From Octopus sinensis (Eukaryota): a stretch of 64,000 bases of DNA. The notes under the pieces were generated by a model. The model was not told where the DNA came from, made no database searches, and saw only the letters and a list, made by a program, of their open reading frames with translations. How positions within the stretch are numbered: position 1 is the stretch's first letter; each line of letters starts with the position of its first letter. Both the position numbers and the translations under genes were made by a program. Below are positions 63,600-64,000 of this stretch, piece by piece. Where the stretch lies: NCBI RefSeq assembly GCF_006345805.1, contig NC_043016.1, positions 20,398,001 to 20,462,000 of the forward strand, read 5' to 3'.

Positions 63600-64000
63600 A
63601 TATATATTATATATATGTATGTATATACATATGTAAGCAACCTTTTTGAATCCATGTTTTAATGAGTCAATCAGAGCTATCTCCCCTGTCACATTGTTAA
63701 CAACTAGGCGGCGCTCATTAGATAGGGATAAAAAGACGCACACAACCAAGTAACAGCCTCTTTTTCTCTTCCACACGACTGGCTGCTAACTACATTGTCT
63801 CCATCTCTATTTCTGCGACTGGACTGCCCCACATTGATTTGAATTTTGTTAAATCCTCTATACCAGTTATGGAAGATGACAAGATGAAAATCCTTTTCTT
63901 ATTCAACTTCCATTCTGTTCTATTAAATGTTAATATACAAGCTGTGTATAAATGCTCTCATCCCGGATTGGAATAAATACACCATGTCCATGAAGTCTTT

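Overview
AT-rich, microsatellite-dense animal genomic DNA. The SINE/LINE families and the gene resemble a coleoid cephalopod, probably Octopus (inferred from repeat content). One host gene is supported: a WDR20/DMWD-family WD40 gene on the minus strand, with coding exon 1 at 23271-23519 and exon 2 at 6260-6442. Neither is intact in the ORF track as a spliced unit, and exon 2 is absent from it. Both have canonical splice sites, and intron 1 is about 16.8 kb including a 100-N gap. The rest is transposon-derived: RTE LINEs, four R4/Dong-like fragments, mariner and pogo/Tigger remnants, two TTAA-flanked piggyBac-type MITEs, tRNA-derived SINEs, a probable Helitron remnant with an OTU protease, and many Penelope-like elements (PLEs). 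The strongest structure not shown by the ORF track is about 16 hammerhead-ribozyme (HHR)-like motifs, mostly in PLE pseudo-LTRs and often in inverted pairs. They include a near-identical pair in a very young PLE in the sense strand of WDR20 intron 1, and a C3U core variant in an ORF-less inverted repeat. The 15-22.5 kb region shows signs of long-read consensus errors (single-base indels, a 1.85 kb fold-back beside the gap). All calls are by eye, and TE boundaries are approximate.
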